Below are positions 40,322 to 48,718 of a stretch of DNA of 64,000 nucleotides, one piece after another; within the stretch, counting starts at the first letter, position 1, and each line of letters starts with the position of its first letter. This DNA is from a virus. Made by a program: the position numbers and the translations under genes. The DNA is taken from the IMG/VR virus record IMGVR_UViG_3300045988_182866, one strand, 5' to 3'. The notes beneath the pieces are model-generated. The model saw only the letters and a program-made list of their open reading frames with translations. It ran no database searches and was not told the origin of the DNA.

Positions 40322-41181
40322 TGTATAATCCCTTAAAATTACAATCCCCGGTAATTTTACCTCCGGAATCGATAAGTCAAAATTGGATTTCTAAAGAAAA
40401 TTTTGACTTAAAGGAAAACCTTACATTTTCATTTAAACTTAAATCTAGTAATACTTCAGATAAAGAATTGGGATTTTCTATTTTTCTTGTTAATTCTTCT
40501 AATACCGAATCTTTTGGAGCCAGCACAATTAGGTCTGGCTTGACCGATTATTCTACAAAAGGAGAAATTGGAGAAGGATTTAATAAAAATAATGAAAAAT
40601 TGTCCTTAAGATATAATAATATTCAATATGATTTTCTTTTGGACCATGTTTATCCTTATTCAATAAATGATTTGGCTTCTAACCAAAAACCATTTAATAC
40701 AGAAGAATTTCAAAATAATAATATTTTTAGTATTTTATTTGATTCCACAAAAGAATTTTATAAAAACCAGCTTGATTTTTATAAAAATGTTTATTTTGAT
40801 GAAGTACAAGTTAAAGATATTGTTACGGACCAAATTGTAGATCCTTCTACTTATAATTGTCCTATCTTTATTCAAGCTCTGCAAGATTTATATGTAGCCG
40901 AGTTTAAAACAGATCAAAATTTTGATATACTAAATTTAAATTCTGTAACAATTCGATTTTCTTTTGAAAATTATGGTAAATTGTTCAGAATGGATGTTCT
41001 TGAAGCTAATAGTACAGAATATAAAAATGTATGTTTAAAATATTTTGACCTTAATATGAGGCAATATCGTAATCTTAAGCTCGGATATGGAATTGCCAGT
41101 CCAATAATGACTTATAATACTGAAAATATTGCTGATTTTACTATTGATACTTTCCATATTCAAGGTAAGTTGAGAGAGTGA
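40321..41181 (+). CDS. Hypothetical fiber-associated protein (286 aa)
   Basis: Last gene of the + operon. Its TGA stop lies in a GAGAGAG run immediately before the left inverted repeat. Confidence 0.45.
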   Translation: MYNPLKLQSPVILPPESISQNWISKENFDLKENLTFSFKLKSSNTSDKELGFSIFLVNSSNTESFGASTIRSGLTDYSTKGEIGEGFNKNNEKLSLRYNNIQYDFLLDHVYPYSINDLASNQKPFNTEEFQNNNIFSILFDSTKEFYKNQLDFYKNVYFDEVQVKDIVTDQIVDPSTYNCPIFIQALQDLYVAEFKTDQNFDILNLNSVTIRFSFENYGKLFRMDVLEANSTEYKNVCLKYFDLNMRQYRNLKLGYGIASPIMTYNTENIADFTIDTFHIQGKLRE

Positions 41182-41420
41182 AGGTACTTATACTATTCCT
41201 GCTCACGCTCCTCTTGATATAGAGGATCCTCAGACTAACCCATACAATAGTAAACTTATAATTGATGGAATGTCAGGAACTTTCTTCTGTTCTATCTATC
41301 AAGCTAATCCTCAAGCAATCGGATGTTTTCAACTTGTTAATACTTTTAACGAAACAGGCCATAAAAGATATAACGAAGCATTACAGTATGCAACCTATAA
41401 ATTAAACTTTAGTGGCTAAA
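41174..41420 (+). pseudogene. Promoterless, start-less alternative tail-fiber C-terminal cassette
   Basis: It encodes ESEGTYTIPAHAPLDIEDPQTNPYNSKLIIDGMSGTFFCSIYQANPQAIGCFQLVNTFNETGHKRYNEALQYATYKLNFSG*. The frame opens just after an in-frame TGA (41171-41173) and has no ATG. The first 23 aa duplicate the collar segment of the minus-strand fiber. Confidence 0.5.
41177..41245. repeat. Left copy of a 69-bp inverted repeat, encoding SEGTYTIPAHAPLDIEDPQTNPY on the + strand
   Basis: By-eye alignment to the reverse complement of 41820-41888 gives 62/69 identities. Confidence 0.75.
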
Positions 41421-41502
41421 TAAATCAAAGTAATATGACTCCATGAGAAACTAGATCTTATTGCATATCTCTTTCTTATTTGATTAAAATAACTTTAAAT
41501 TT

Positions 41503-41536
41503 AAAAAAGCGGTGAGAACGTTCTCACCGCTTTTTT
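41503..41536. terminator. Bidirectional terminator, GC-rich perfect palindrome GCGGTGAGAACGTTCTCACCGC flanked by A6/T6
   Basis: Read from the sequence. Its T-run overlaps the stop codon of the fiber gene. Confidence 0.65.
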
Positions 41537-43718
41537 ATTTAATTTTAATAAGATAGGTTAAAGATATGTTATAAGGTCTAGTTTCTTTGGGGGCAATAGG
41601 TCCTATTAGGTTACTTAGGTTTAATTCATATTGAACATTAGCAAAAGCCCAATGGTAATCTCTATGTTGTGATAAAAAGTTCGCTTCACTTAGATAAGTT
41701 TGAGAAAAAGCACCAGTTCCACCGACATATAATGGATAACGCTGTCCCCAATTTTGAGAACGAACACAAGTTTTAAAAGTACTTTTGGTTCCTCCTTCTC
41801 CTGAAAGGGAACTTAAGACATATGGATTAGTTTGAGGATCTTCTATATCAAGAGGAGTATGAGCAGGAATAGTATATGTACCTTCACTTGTAATAGTAGA
41901 AGATGTAGTGGAAGCACCTCGAATAAATCTATTTCTTAAGTCTGGCAAATTAAATTGTCCGCCTCCCCCAATTACTGTTAAATGTGAAGTAACTGGATGA
42001 GCCGTAGTATTAAAAGTAATTATAGCTAATCCTTGGCTTAATCGTAAAAATGGAATTCGCCATGGATTAGAATCAGACTCTAACCACCACTTAGACGGTA
42101 CATGGATGTTATAATATCCATCATTTTGAATAGTATAAGTATTTTGCTCATTAATGGTAGCTAACAGTGTACTATTTGTATAGATAGTAACAGGCAATGG
42201 TGTTCTTATGCCGTTCAATACAATACCAAGGCCTTGAGCAGTAATTACTGTTCCCTTCTTCAAATATAAAGACGGTTCATAATCATAAGCAGATTCGCCG
42301 CTTCTATTAATATTAAAGGGGGCAATATTTGTTGTTAATATTCCTTCAAGAACCAATGGTATATCGTTATAAGGCAAACTAGTTCCATCCAATACAAGGT
42401 AAAAATGCCTTTTAACACCTTCATTATCTGGATTCCAAGATTGCCAAACATCTAAATTAATTGATGTAATAGTATTAAAATTAAAAGTATATTGACCGCT
42501 TACAAATTGAGCTGTGTTAGTAACTTCTTCCGGACAATATAAAATATAATTAACATAGCCTTCAGAAAGTTCTACATATGTCCTAGCATTAGAACTATAT
42601 TTGGCATCTATAGTACATTCCATTTCAGGAACTGTTACATTTATTTTTGGTAATTGCTGAAATGTATTATTACCAGTAGCGGGAATCCATAAACAATAAA
42701 TTCCATCCTCGGGAATAATATAAGATCTGTTATCAACAGTAGAAATTAAAGGGCTACCGTCAACTCCAAAAGTTGATAAATTTAATTTTTCTTTATTATA
42801 GATATAAGCTTCGGATGCCCCGGCATTTCCAGCTAAAGTATATCGGGCTCCCTGAATTTGAACAACTGTGTTAGCGGGCAAATAGGCATATTCTGCGTGG
42901 GCAGCCTGATTTGGACTTTGCTCATAATTAATAGTTCTACCAGTTTGCCGCCAACTAATTTTTACAGATGGATTTTCAAATGTATCAGTAGTATTAAATT
43001 CAATATTACTAAATTGGAGTTCATTTTTAACTAGTTCAAAATCTAAATCTCCTTGAGCCTGTAAAGAATTTATTTCTAATTTGGTCAAAGTAGTAATATT
43101 ATTTTCATGAAATAAAGATGCTGCAATAATAGGAAGGCTTAGCCTTAATCTTTTATAAGATAATCTACTTGTACCGACTACCATTCGGTACAAATCAGGG
43201 AAATTATCAAAATTATATTCTTGCCCAGTTAATGAATGCCGATTTTGGCCATCGGCAAAATCATAATAATCCCTGAATCGCTGAGGAAGCAAATTAAGAT
43301 CTTTTTGGGCAATTGCAACCGGAATAACAGTGCCCACTGGAACAGTTTGCTCCATAATTTGATTATCGGTAACAAACTGTTTAATAATTTCAATTAAATC
43401 CTGATGCTCATAATTTCCGGCATTATCGCCGATGAGAATATTATTTTTAGCAGGAGCAACAGTAGGAACATTAGTTTGAGTGCCAAATGTAATCTTATCT
43501 CTTAATTGAGTTTGGCTGACAATTTCTTTTTGAACTTCAATATGTTCAGTACCAATAGACAATGCAGAATTATTACCCATTGAATCAGCAACAGGAACGG
43601 GTGTTAATCCAATACCAGTATCTGAACCGTCATCGGCCGGAGAAACACGTAAAATTCCTCGGAAAGATTTTGAAATTGGCTTTTTTGCTACGTCTCTATT
43701 GTTTTGTTCTGTTGCCAT
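41535..43718 (-). CDS. Tail fiber / receptor-binding protein with a phage tail-collar motif (727 aa), on the strand opposite to the structural operon
   Basis: FNLPDLRNRFIRG...TIPAHTPLD matches the tail-collar domain pattern (FxLPDLRGRF...P.H.H), which lies just upstream of the variable C-terminal tip. Confidence 0.65.
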   Translation of the reverse strand: MATEQNNRDVAKKPISKSFRGILRVSPADDGSDTGIGLTPVPVADSMGNNSALSIGTEHIEVQKEIVSQTQLRDKITFGTQTNVPTVAPAKNNILIGDNAGNYEHQDLIEIIKQFVTDNQIMEQTVPVGTVIPVAIAQKDLNLLPQRFRDYYDFADGQNRHSLTGQEYNFDNFPDLYRMVVGTSRLSYKRLRLSLPIIAASLFHENNITTLTKLEINSLQAQGDLDFELVKNELQFSNIEFNTTDTFENPSVKISWRQTGRTINYEQSPNQAAHAEYAYLPANTVVQIQGARYTLAGNAGASEAYIYNKEKLNLSTFGVDGSPLISTVDNRSYIIPEDGIYCLWIPATGNNTFQQLPKINVTVPEMECTIDAKYSSNARTYVELSEGYVNYILYCPEEVTNTAQFVSGQYTFNFNTITSINLDVWQSWNPDNEGVKRHFYLVLDGTSLPYNDIPLVLEGILTTNIAPFNINRSGESAYDYEPSLYLKKGTVITAQGLGIVLNGIRTPLPVTIYTNSTLLATINEQNTYTIQNDGYYNIHVPSKWWLESDSNPWRIPFLRLSQGLAIITFNTTAHPVTSHLTVIGGGGQFNLPDLRNRFIRGASTTSSTITSEGTYTIPAHTPLDIEDPQTNPYVLSSLSGEGGTKSTFKTCVRSQNWGQRYPLYVGGTGAFSQTYLSEANFLSQHRDYHWAFANVQYELNLSNLIGPIAPKETRPYNISLTYLIKIK
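41820..41888. repeat. Right copy of the 69-bp inverted repeat, inside the fiber gene (collar region)
   Basis: Reverse complement encodes SEGTYTIPAHTPLDIEDPQTNPY. Confidence 0.75.
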
Positions 43719-43821
43719 GTTATAAAGCTTTCTTGTTTGAATATTTATTGAGATCCTCTACTGATTTAAATTTAAAATTAAATTCTAAATTAATCTTTAA
43801 AAATTAATATTAGAATAAAAG

Positions 43822-43853
43822 AAAAGACTCTGGAAATTTATCCAGAGTCTTTT
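43822..43853. terminator. Terminator hairpin AAAAGACTCTGGA-aattta-TCCAGAGTCTTTT
   Basis: Lies downstream of the 43864..44211 minus-strand gene. Confidence 0.55.
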
Positions 43854-43863
43854 AAAAATCATT

Positions 43864-44211
43864 TTAGAAATTATTTTCAAGAATTAAATCTTGTAATCCT
43901 GCAAAATATCTCTCATCAATATATTTTTTAATAGCTTTATGCGGTTTAGCTTTCTTAACGATATTATCAACTGTAAATTCCATATCTCGTTCATAATATT
44001 CGTCGCAAATTAAATTAATCGCTTCAATTAATAAAGCCCATCTTGTCAATAAAGGAAGAGTCATCTGAGTTCCGTCGTTAAATGTTACAACTTGTTTCTC
44101 TCTGGCCTCTAATTCTGCACCGGTCAATTTCTTATTTTTCATCTGAGTTAAACTTTTTAGTTGTTTTATATTTCTCAGATAATAAATCATACATATTATG
44201 TTCATCAACAA
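43864..44211 (-). CDS. Hypothetical small protein (the true start is possibly the ATG at 44142, giving MKNKKLTGAE..., 92 aa)
   Basis: The annotated start overlaps the upstream gene by 80 nt. An internal ATG just past the upstream stop is the more plausible start. Confidence 0.4.
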   Translation of the reverse strand: MLMNIICMIYYLRNIKQLKSLTQMKNKKLTGAELEAREKQVVTFNDGTQMTLPLLTRWALLIEAINLICDEYYERDMEFTVDNIVKKAKPHKAIKKYIDERYFAGLQDLILENNF

Positions 44212-44569
44212 TTTTTCCCTTTAATACTGGGAACATGTTGATATTAACGCGATATTCATTTTTACATTCAGGGCAAACAAATGTATTTTCTTCCTTGGAT
44301 AAATCAATAGGAACCGCGATTGTATTATGATTACAAGGACAATCAAAAACTACAGTATTCAGAGCTTGAATTTCTTCAACTCGCTGAGCTAGCTCTTCAT
44401 CAAGTTCTTTATATTTCTGTACAAACTCATTAATAGACTCCTCTTCTTCCTGCTCGAATTCTTCTCGTTCTTTATTGAGAAGGTTTACTTTCCGCTTGAT
44501 AAAGAAATAATAAACGGCAATATCCGCAATGAAAAGAAAAACGATTAATGATATGAATAATTCAGTCAT
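44132..44569 (-). CDS. Membrane-anchored protein with a coiled-coil and a C-terminal zinc ribbon (145 aa)
   Basis: N-terminal hydrophobic helix LFISLIVFLFIADIAVYYFFI, then an acidic coiled-coil segment, then CPCNH...CPEC. Confidence 0.5.
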   Translation of the reverse strand: MTELFISLIVFLFIADIAVYYFFIKRKVNLLNKEREEFEQEEEESINEFVQKYKELDEELAQRVEEIQALNTVVFDCPCNHNTIAVPIDLSKEENTFVCPECKNEYRVNINMFPVLKGKIVDEHNMYDLLSEKYKTTKKFNSDEK

Positions 44570-44583
44570 AATTTATTATCTGA

Positions 44584-44952
44584 TTATTTTCCTAACTCAT
44601 CAATCATCGGAATAATTTTTCCAACAATTACCGAGTTAAGCTTATCCACTATTTTTATCATTTTCCTTAATTCGTCCAGGTGCATTTTATCCAGCCCAGG
44701 TAAAGCTAAAGTTTCATTTAACTTATTGCGAATATTGGACATATTAGTAAACAAACCAATAAAATCTCCAGATAAACTATCTAAATTGCCGATTAATTGC
44801 TTATGCTGATTGTTTAAAGCTTCCAATTCTCCCCTGATTCCTAAAAATTCTTGCATTCTTCTAGGGGAATTATCAAATTCAAACCCAGGATTAACAGATA
44901 ATTTAAAAGGGGAAGGAGCTTTTCCTACGGAATATTGATTTCCCTGTGACAT
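44584..44952 (-). CDS. Hypothetical protein (122 aa)
   Basis: ORF. Confidence 0.45.
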   Translation of the reverse strand: MSQGNQYSVGKAPSPFKLSVNPGFEFDNSPRRMQEFLGIRGELEALNNQHKQLIGNLDSLSGDFIGLFTNMSNIRNKLNETLALPGLDKMHLDELRKMIKIVDKLNSVIVGKIIPMIDELGK

Positions 44953-44991
44953 GCTGTGGAATATTTAAAGTACACTTAAATAAAGTTACGC

Positions 44992-45459
44992 ATGAAAAAT
45001 CTTTATAAAGATACGTTTAGGACTTTATTGGAAGCTGAATTGAATATTGACTTAGCTAAGGATATAGAAAATAATCTTGATAAAACTCCGGGTGAAGATA
45101 GTGTAGAAAATTCTGAAACCGATGCTTTAGCTTCTACTCTTGATTCTGATGTAACCCCTGCTGATTATCTTTCTGATCCTGCTACGGACAAGGCTCTTCA
45201 ACAGCAGATTGAACAGCGAAATAAGGAAATTGCTTCTGTGATTGAAGGATGGGCTCGTAAAATTGATGATTTTGTCGAATTCCTTAATGGAGCTGGACCT
45301 GATTCTCTCCAAACGATTCTGTCTAAAGCACAACCTGGTACCCTTTTTGCTAAAGTTCAGAGCAATGTCACGCGCAAACTGGCGAACAATGCGGCCGAAT
45401 TAGCTGCGACAGCTGAAACACTTCGTTCTTTTGTTGGTCAGAAAGCTATTACCCGTTAA
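44992..45459 (+). CDS. Hypothetical protein (155 aa)
   Basis: ORF divergent from 44584..44952, only ~40 bp apart. Confidence 0.45.
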   Translation: MKNLYKDTFRTLLEAELNIDLAKDIENNLDKTPGEDSVENSETDALASTLDSDVTPADYLSDPATDKALQQQIEQRNKEIASVIEGWARKIDDFVEFLNGAGPDSLQTILSKAQPGTLFAKVQSNVTRKLANNAAELAATAETLRSFVGQKAITR

Positions 45460-45465
45460 TTTATT

Positions 45466-45858
45466 ATGAAATTGCTTAATGAAGATTATTTGGACAATGT
45501 TCCAGATATGTCTGGTCCTTCTCCTTTCAAATCTGATGGAACAAGAAAAGATGACTGGTTCTTGATTCGTATTCCCGCAGAAAAAGTAGGCCAAAAAGAT
45601 CGCTGGTTGAGAAAGACTATTGATTTCTGGGAAACACCAAGGCAACATTATAAATCTTCTTATAATTACTATGCAATTCAGCTGGAAGATGGAGAAGTAA
45701 CTTATGTCAAGGCTCCGGCTGCAATGGATAAGCATAAATTATTGGAAAAGATTGAAATGTTTCTCAAAGATGAATTCGGATATGATGGAATGTGGGAAAT
45801 TAAAGGTTTTATTAATAAGAAAGTAGCACAAGATAAATCAGAATGGAGGCCAGCTTAA
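45466..45858 (+). CDS. Hypothetical protein (130 aa)
   Basis: ORF. Confidence 0.45.
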   Translation: MKLLNEDYLDNVPDMSGPSPFKSDGTRKDDWFLIRIPAEKVGQKDRWLRKTIDFWETPRQHYKSSYNYYAIQLEDGEVTYVKAPAAMDKHKLLEKIEMFLKDEFGYDGMWEIKGFINKKVAQDKSEWRPA

Positions 45859-46079
45859 TGCAAACACCAATTAAAGTTTCAAATATTAAATCAAGTGATC
45901 TTTTGACTGAATCTTTATATGATATTAAAGATCAAGAATTTACTTTAGTAGAAAATAAAGATAATCCAATGTCTTTAGCCGTTAAAAAAGATTTAATCAA
46001 AATTGTTTTGGAAGATATTCTAAAAATGCCGATTAAATCTTTCAGTGTAAAGAAAATGAAAAAAGCTGAGTCAAACTAA
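45843..46079 (+). CDS. Hypothetical small protein (78 aa) ending inside a terminator hairpin (..KKAESN*)
   Basis: ORF whose last codons are the left arm of the 46059-46093 hairpin. Confidence 0.4.
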   Translation: MEASLMQTPIKVSNIKSSDLLTESLYDIKDQEFTLVENKDNPMSLAVKKDLIKIVLEDILKMPIKSFSVKKMKKAESN

Positions 46080-46093
46080 TGACTCAGCTTTTT
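46059..46093. terminator. Bidirectional terminator hairpin AAAAAAGCTGAGTCA-aactaa-TGACTCAGCTTTTTT
   Basis: Same stem as the 11566-11600 hairpin with a different loop. Confidence 0.6.
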
Positions 46094-46112
46094 AATTTCA
46101 AATTTTAACTAG

Positions 46113-46178
46113 GTTTGACTTTAAATTATATCTATGGTGAAACTACAAAAGCCAAGATAATAAAGTTAAAGTCAAACT
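46113..46178. ncRNA. Candidate structured element: long hairpin GGTTTGACTTTAA-N40-TTAAAGTCAAAC in a 290-bp region between convergent gene ends
   Basis: 12-13-bp inverted repeat read from the sequence. There is no ORF, and it is not tRNA-like. Confidence 0.2.
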
Positions 46179-46367
46179 TAGCCGATAATTCATCCTCAGA
46201 AAAAGATCTTAAGAAGGAATTAAAGAAACGAAAGTTAATTTAGTTCCATAAAGGATAACGACCATGAAATCCAAATTAATAATTTAAATTACTTTCACTT
46301 TTTATTTACCAAATTTCCTGAAAATGAAGAGGTGATCTATTGTATGATTAACCAAGTATATAGTTTA

Positions 46368-47447
46368 TCATTTTATCTGGGCCAGTTTTATTAAACCAGA
46401 GATACCAGATACGGTATTTTCCAATATAAAAGATTCTGAAATTTCTTTTAACTTTTTTGCAATAGCAATATCATTAAAATCTTTATATTTTTCTCCATAT
46501 TCTTTTGGCCAAAGGAAAACTTGTTCATTTTCTTCTAATAAAATTCGACTTTTTTCCCGAGCTGCCTCATCTTGATATTGAGAATCAAGTACCCAAATTC
46601 GATTTAATAATAAAATCTTATCTAATTGCTCTTCTTGAATACCTGAAAAAAGTGTGCGAGAAGTAGTAATACCTCCTATAGCTAAACCATTCTTAACAAA
46701 ACATGAATCAAATGGCCCCTCAAAAATATAATAATTTTCTTTATTATAATCAAGGTTTCCCAGATTAAAAACAGATTTAACTCCGTTTAATTTGGACAAA
46801 TATCTTATATTAGAAGTTCCTGTTACATCTCGAGATTGATAATATGCTATCTTTTGCTTTTCATCATAATATGGAATAATCAATCTCCCGTAATGAATCT
46901 TATCCTTTAATGAAGTAAACCAAGATTTTGGCCGATTAATTGCTTTATAAAGATTCCGATTAATCAAATAATGTAAACAAGTCTTAACAACTAAATTATT
47001 TCGATAATAACCTATTTGTTGAGGATCACAAAGATCAATAGGATCTTTAGGCAATGAATCATCCTCCGGAACTATCTCTTCAATAATATCTTTAACTTTA
47101 TTTTCAAAATATCCGCCGCCTAAATCAAGATAATCGTAATCATTACTTCTTATTTCATCAAAAATCTCATAAGAAGTCATTCCCGATACTTCTTTAATCC
47201 ATTTTAATGGGCGAGATGACCAGCCGCATCGATGACAATAAATTAAATTCTTATCCGGAAGATAAAAACAACGTTTTACTTTACCTATTCCAGTATCGCC
47301 TTCTCTACAAATTGGGCAGGAACAAGAATAATTATTATTCCCTTGATTATATTGGGCAAAATATCCTAAATCAAAAAACTTCTTAATAACATACTCTTGC
47401 GGGAGTTCATTATTCTGTTTCGAAGTCGAAGAGGGAGGAAATAACAT
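46368..47447 (-). CDS. DNA primase (T4 gp61-like: CHC2 zinc finger plus TOPRIM)
   Basis: CSCPICREGDTGIGKVKRCFYLPDKNLIYCHRCGWSS is a CHC2 Zn finger. YYIFEGPFDSCF is a TOPRIM E..G..D motif. Confidence 0.7.
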   Translation of the reverse strand: MLFPPSSTSKQNNELPQEYVIKKFFDLGYFAQYNQGNNNYSCSCPICREGDTGIGKVKRCFYLPDKNLIYCHRCGWSSRPLKWIKEVSGMTSYEIFDEIRSNDYDYLDLGGGYFENKVKDIIEEIVPEDDSLPKDPIDLCDPQQIGYYRNNLVVKTCLHYLINRNLYKAINRPKSWFTSLKDKIHYGRLIIPYYDEKQKIAYYQSRDVTGTSNIRYLSKLNGVKSVFNLGNLDYNKENYYIFEGPFDSCFVKNGLAIGGITTSRTLFSGIQEEQLDKILLLNRIWVLDSQYQDEAAREKSRILLEENEQVFLWPKEYGEKYKDFNDIAIAKKLKEISESFILENTVSGISGLIKLAQIK

Positions 47448-48351
47448 CTGTAATGTCTAATCGATTAGCTAAAGTAGAGTACCAATAGTCAATTTTTCTG
47501 TAAATATTCCAGAATTCAAGTTCTTTTATAAGAAGAGTAAAATTTTCCTTATTTGCCTCAGGTGTTTCACTAATACATTTTTCATAATGCTCTTCCTCTT
47601 CAGTAGAAATAAGATTATAATCAAATTTCATCATCTTTAAATTATGTTTAAAAATTTCTAATTCTTCTTCCTTTAATAGGGAAGAATCCTTAAGAGAATC
47701 TATATCATAATCAATCTTAAGAAGAGAAATAATATCTTGAATCCTGGTTGACCTAATTCCCTTAACACCGCTAATATTATCTGCTCGGTCACCCCTGAGA
47801 GCTTTGAAAATTATGTATTCAAAACCATTATTAACATTATAATAATCTTTAAGATATAATTCAGTTATAGACTGTTTCTTTTTAGGATTATAAATGATAT
47901 TTCCTGGAAAATCTGAGCCAATTAACTGATAAAAATCAGTATCAGTTGAAACTACAATACTTTGGTTGGGATATTTTTTCATCGCTAACCAAAAAATAAT
48001 ATCATCCGCTTCTAAATTAATAGGATTGATTTGAATAATGCCCAAAGAATTCAACAATTCCATAATTACTGGCATATATTCATATACTTCTTTATTCTTA
48101 ATTTCATCCCGCTGAGCTTTGTACTCAGAATCTAGCATTTTTCTAAAATTATAGCAGTCTTCTTTTCTATAATCCCATACACAAATAACTTTTTTAGGAG
48201 AAAATAATTCAACTAAAGATTTAAGAGAATTAAGAAATAGATAAATGTGAGAAGTTGGTGTAGATTTTTCTAATACTTTTGAAACATGGAAAACTCTATG
48301 CAACAAATTATTAGCATCAATTATTAAGTTCTTCTGTGTAGAATTTCTCAT
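47410..48351 (-). CDS. 5'-3' exonuclease / flap endonuclease (T4 RNase H-like)
   Basis: LIIDANNLLHRVFHV, ICVWDYRKEDCYNFRK, EADDIIFWLA and STDTDFYQL parallel the T4 RNase H motifs (LCIDN..SGYWRRDF, EADDHIA, SSDGDFTQL). Confidence 0.75.
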   Translation of the reverse strand: MRNSTQKNLIIDANNLLHRVFHVSKVLEKSTPTSHIYLFLNSLKSLVELFSPKKVICVWDYRKEDCYNFRKMLDSEYKAQRDEIKNKEVYEYMPVIMELLNSLGIIQINPINLEADDIIFWLAMKKYPNQSIVVSTDTDFYQLIGSDFPGNIIYNPKKKQSITELYLKDYYNVNNGFEYIIFKALRGDRADNISGVKGIRSTRIQDIISLLKIDYDIDSLKDSSLLKEEELEIFKHNLKMMKFDYNLISTEEEEHYEKCISETPEANKENFTLLIKELEFWNIYRKIDYWYSTLANRLDITDVISSLFDFETE

Positions 48352-48394
48352 AAAATTTATTATACATTATCCTCAATAATCGACGGTGAAATTA

Positions 48395-48718
48395 TTATTT
48401 TCTATTAGCAAATAAATCGTTTATAAAGTTCTTTTTATTTTTTTCTGTTTCTAAAAATTGTAATTTAATAACCTCAAATACTTCGTCTGGCAATTTCTCG
48501 ACAAAAGTAATATAAGGCTCTACTACAAAATCTGTAGCTTTATCAAGAATAGTCTCTTCCTTTGCTTTTTCTAAATCTTTCTTATCCAAAATAAGAATTT
48601 TAAAAGAACCGGGAATTACAAGAAATTCATTGTATCTGCCATTTTTTCTGACAAATACAATGAATTTCCCAGTATATTTTCCTCGATTTATTGCGTAACA
48701 ATTACCTGGAAGTTCCAT
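48395..48718 (-). CDS. Hypothetical protein (107 aa)
   Basis: ORF in the replication module. Confidence 0.4.
   Translation of the reverse strand: MELPGNCYAINRGKYTGKFIVFVRKNGRYNEFLVIPGSFKILILDKKDLEKAKEETILDKATDFVVEPYITFVEKLPDEVFEVIKLQFLETEKNKKNFINDLFANRK

Noticed and set aside
40321-41420. Integrase or invertase adjacent to the invertible-looking fiber segment
   Set aside because: The neighbouring 286-aa protein shows no serine- or tyrosine-recombinase motifs. No recombinase is recognisable in the window, so any inversion must rely on other factors.
41177-41888. Diversity-generating retroelement (template/variable repeat) explanation for the duplicated fiber segment
   Set aside because: The two copies are inverted, not direct. 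Their 7 differences are mostly synonymous transitions rather than adenine-specific substitutions confined to one copy. No reverse-transcriptase-like ORF (YxDD) is present anywhere in the window.
46094-46367. tRNA gene in the longest non-coding gap (and in other intergenic regions)
   Set aside because: No cloverleaf-compatible sequence was found (acceptor stem, T-loop GTTC-like motif). The hairpin has a 40-nt loop and is not tRNA-like.
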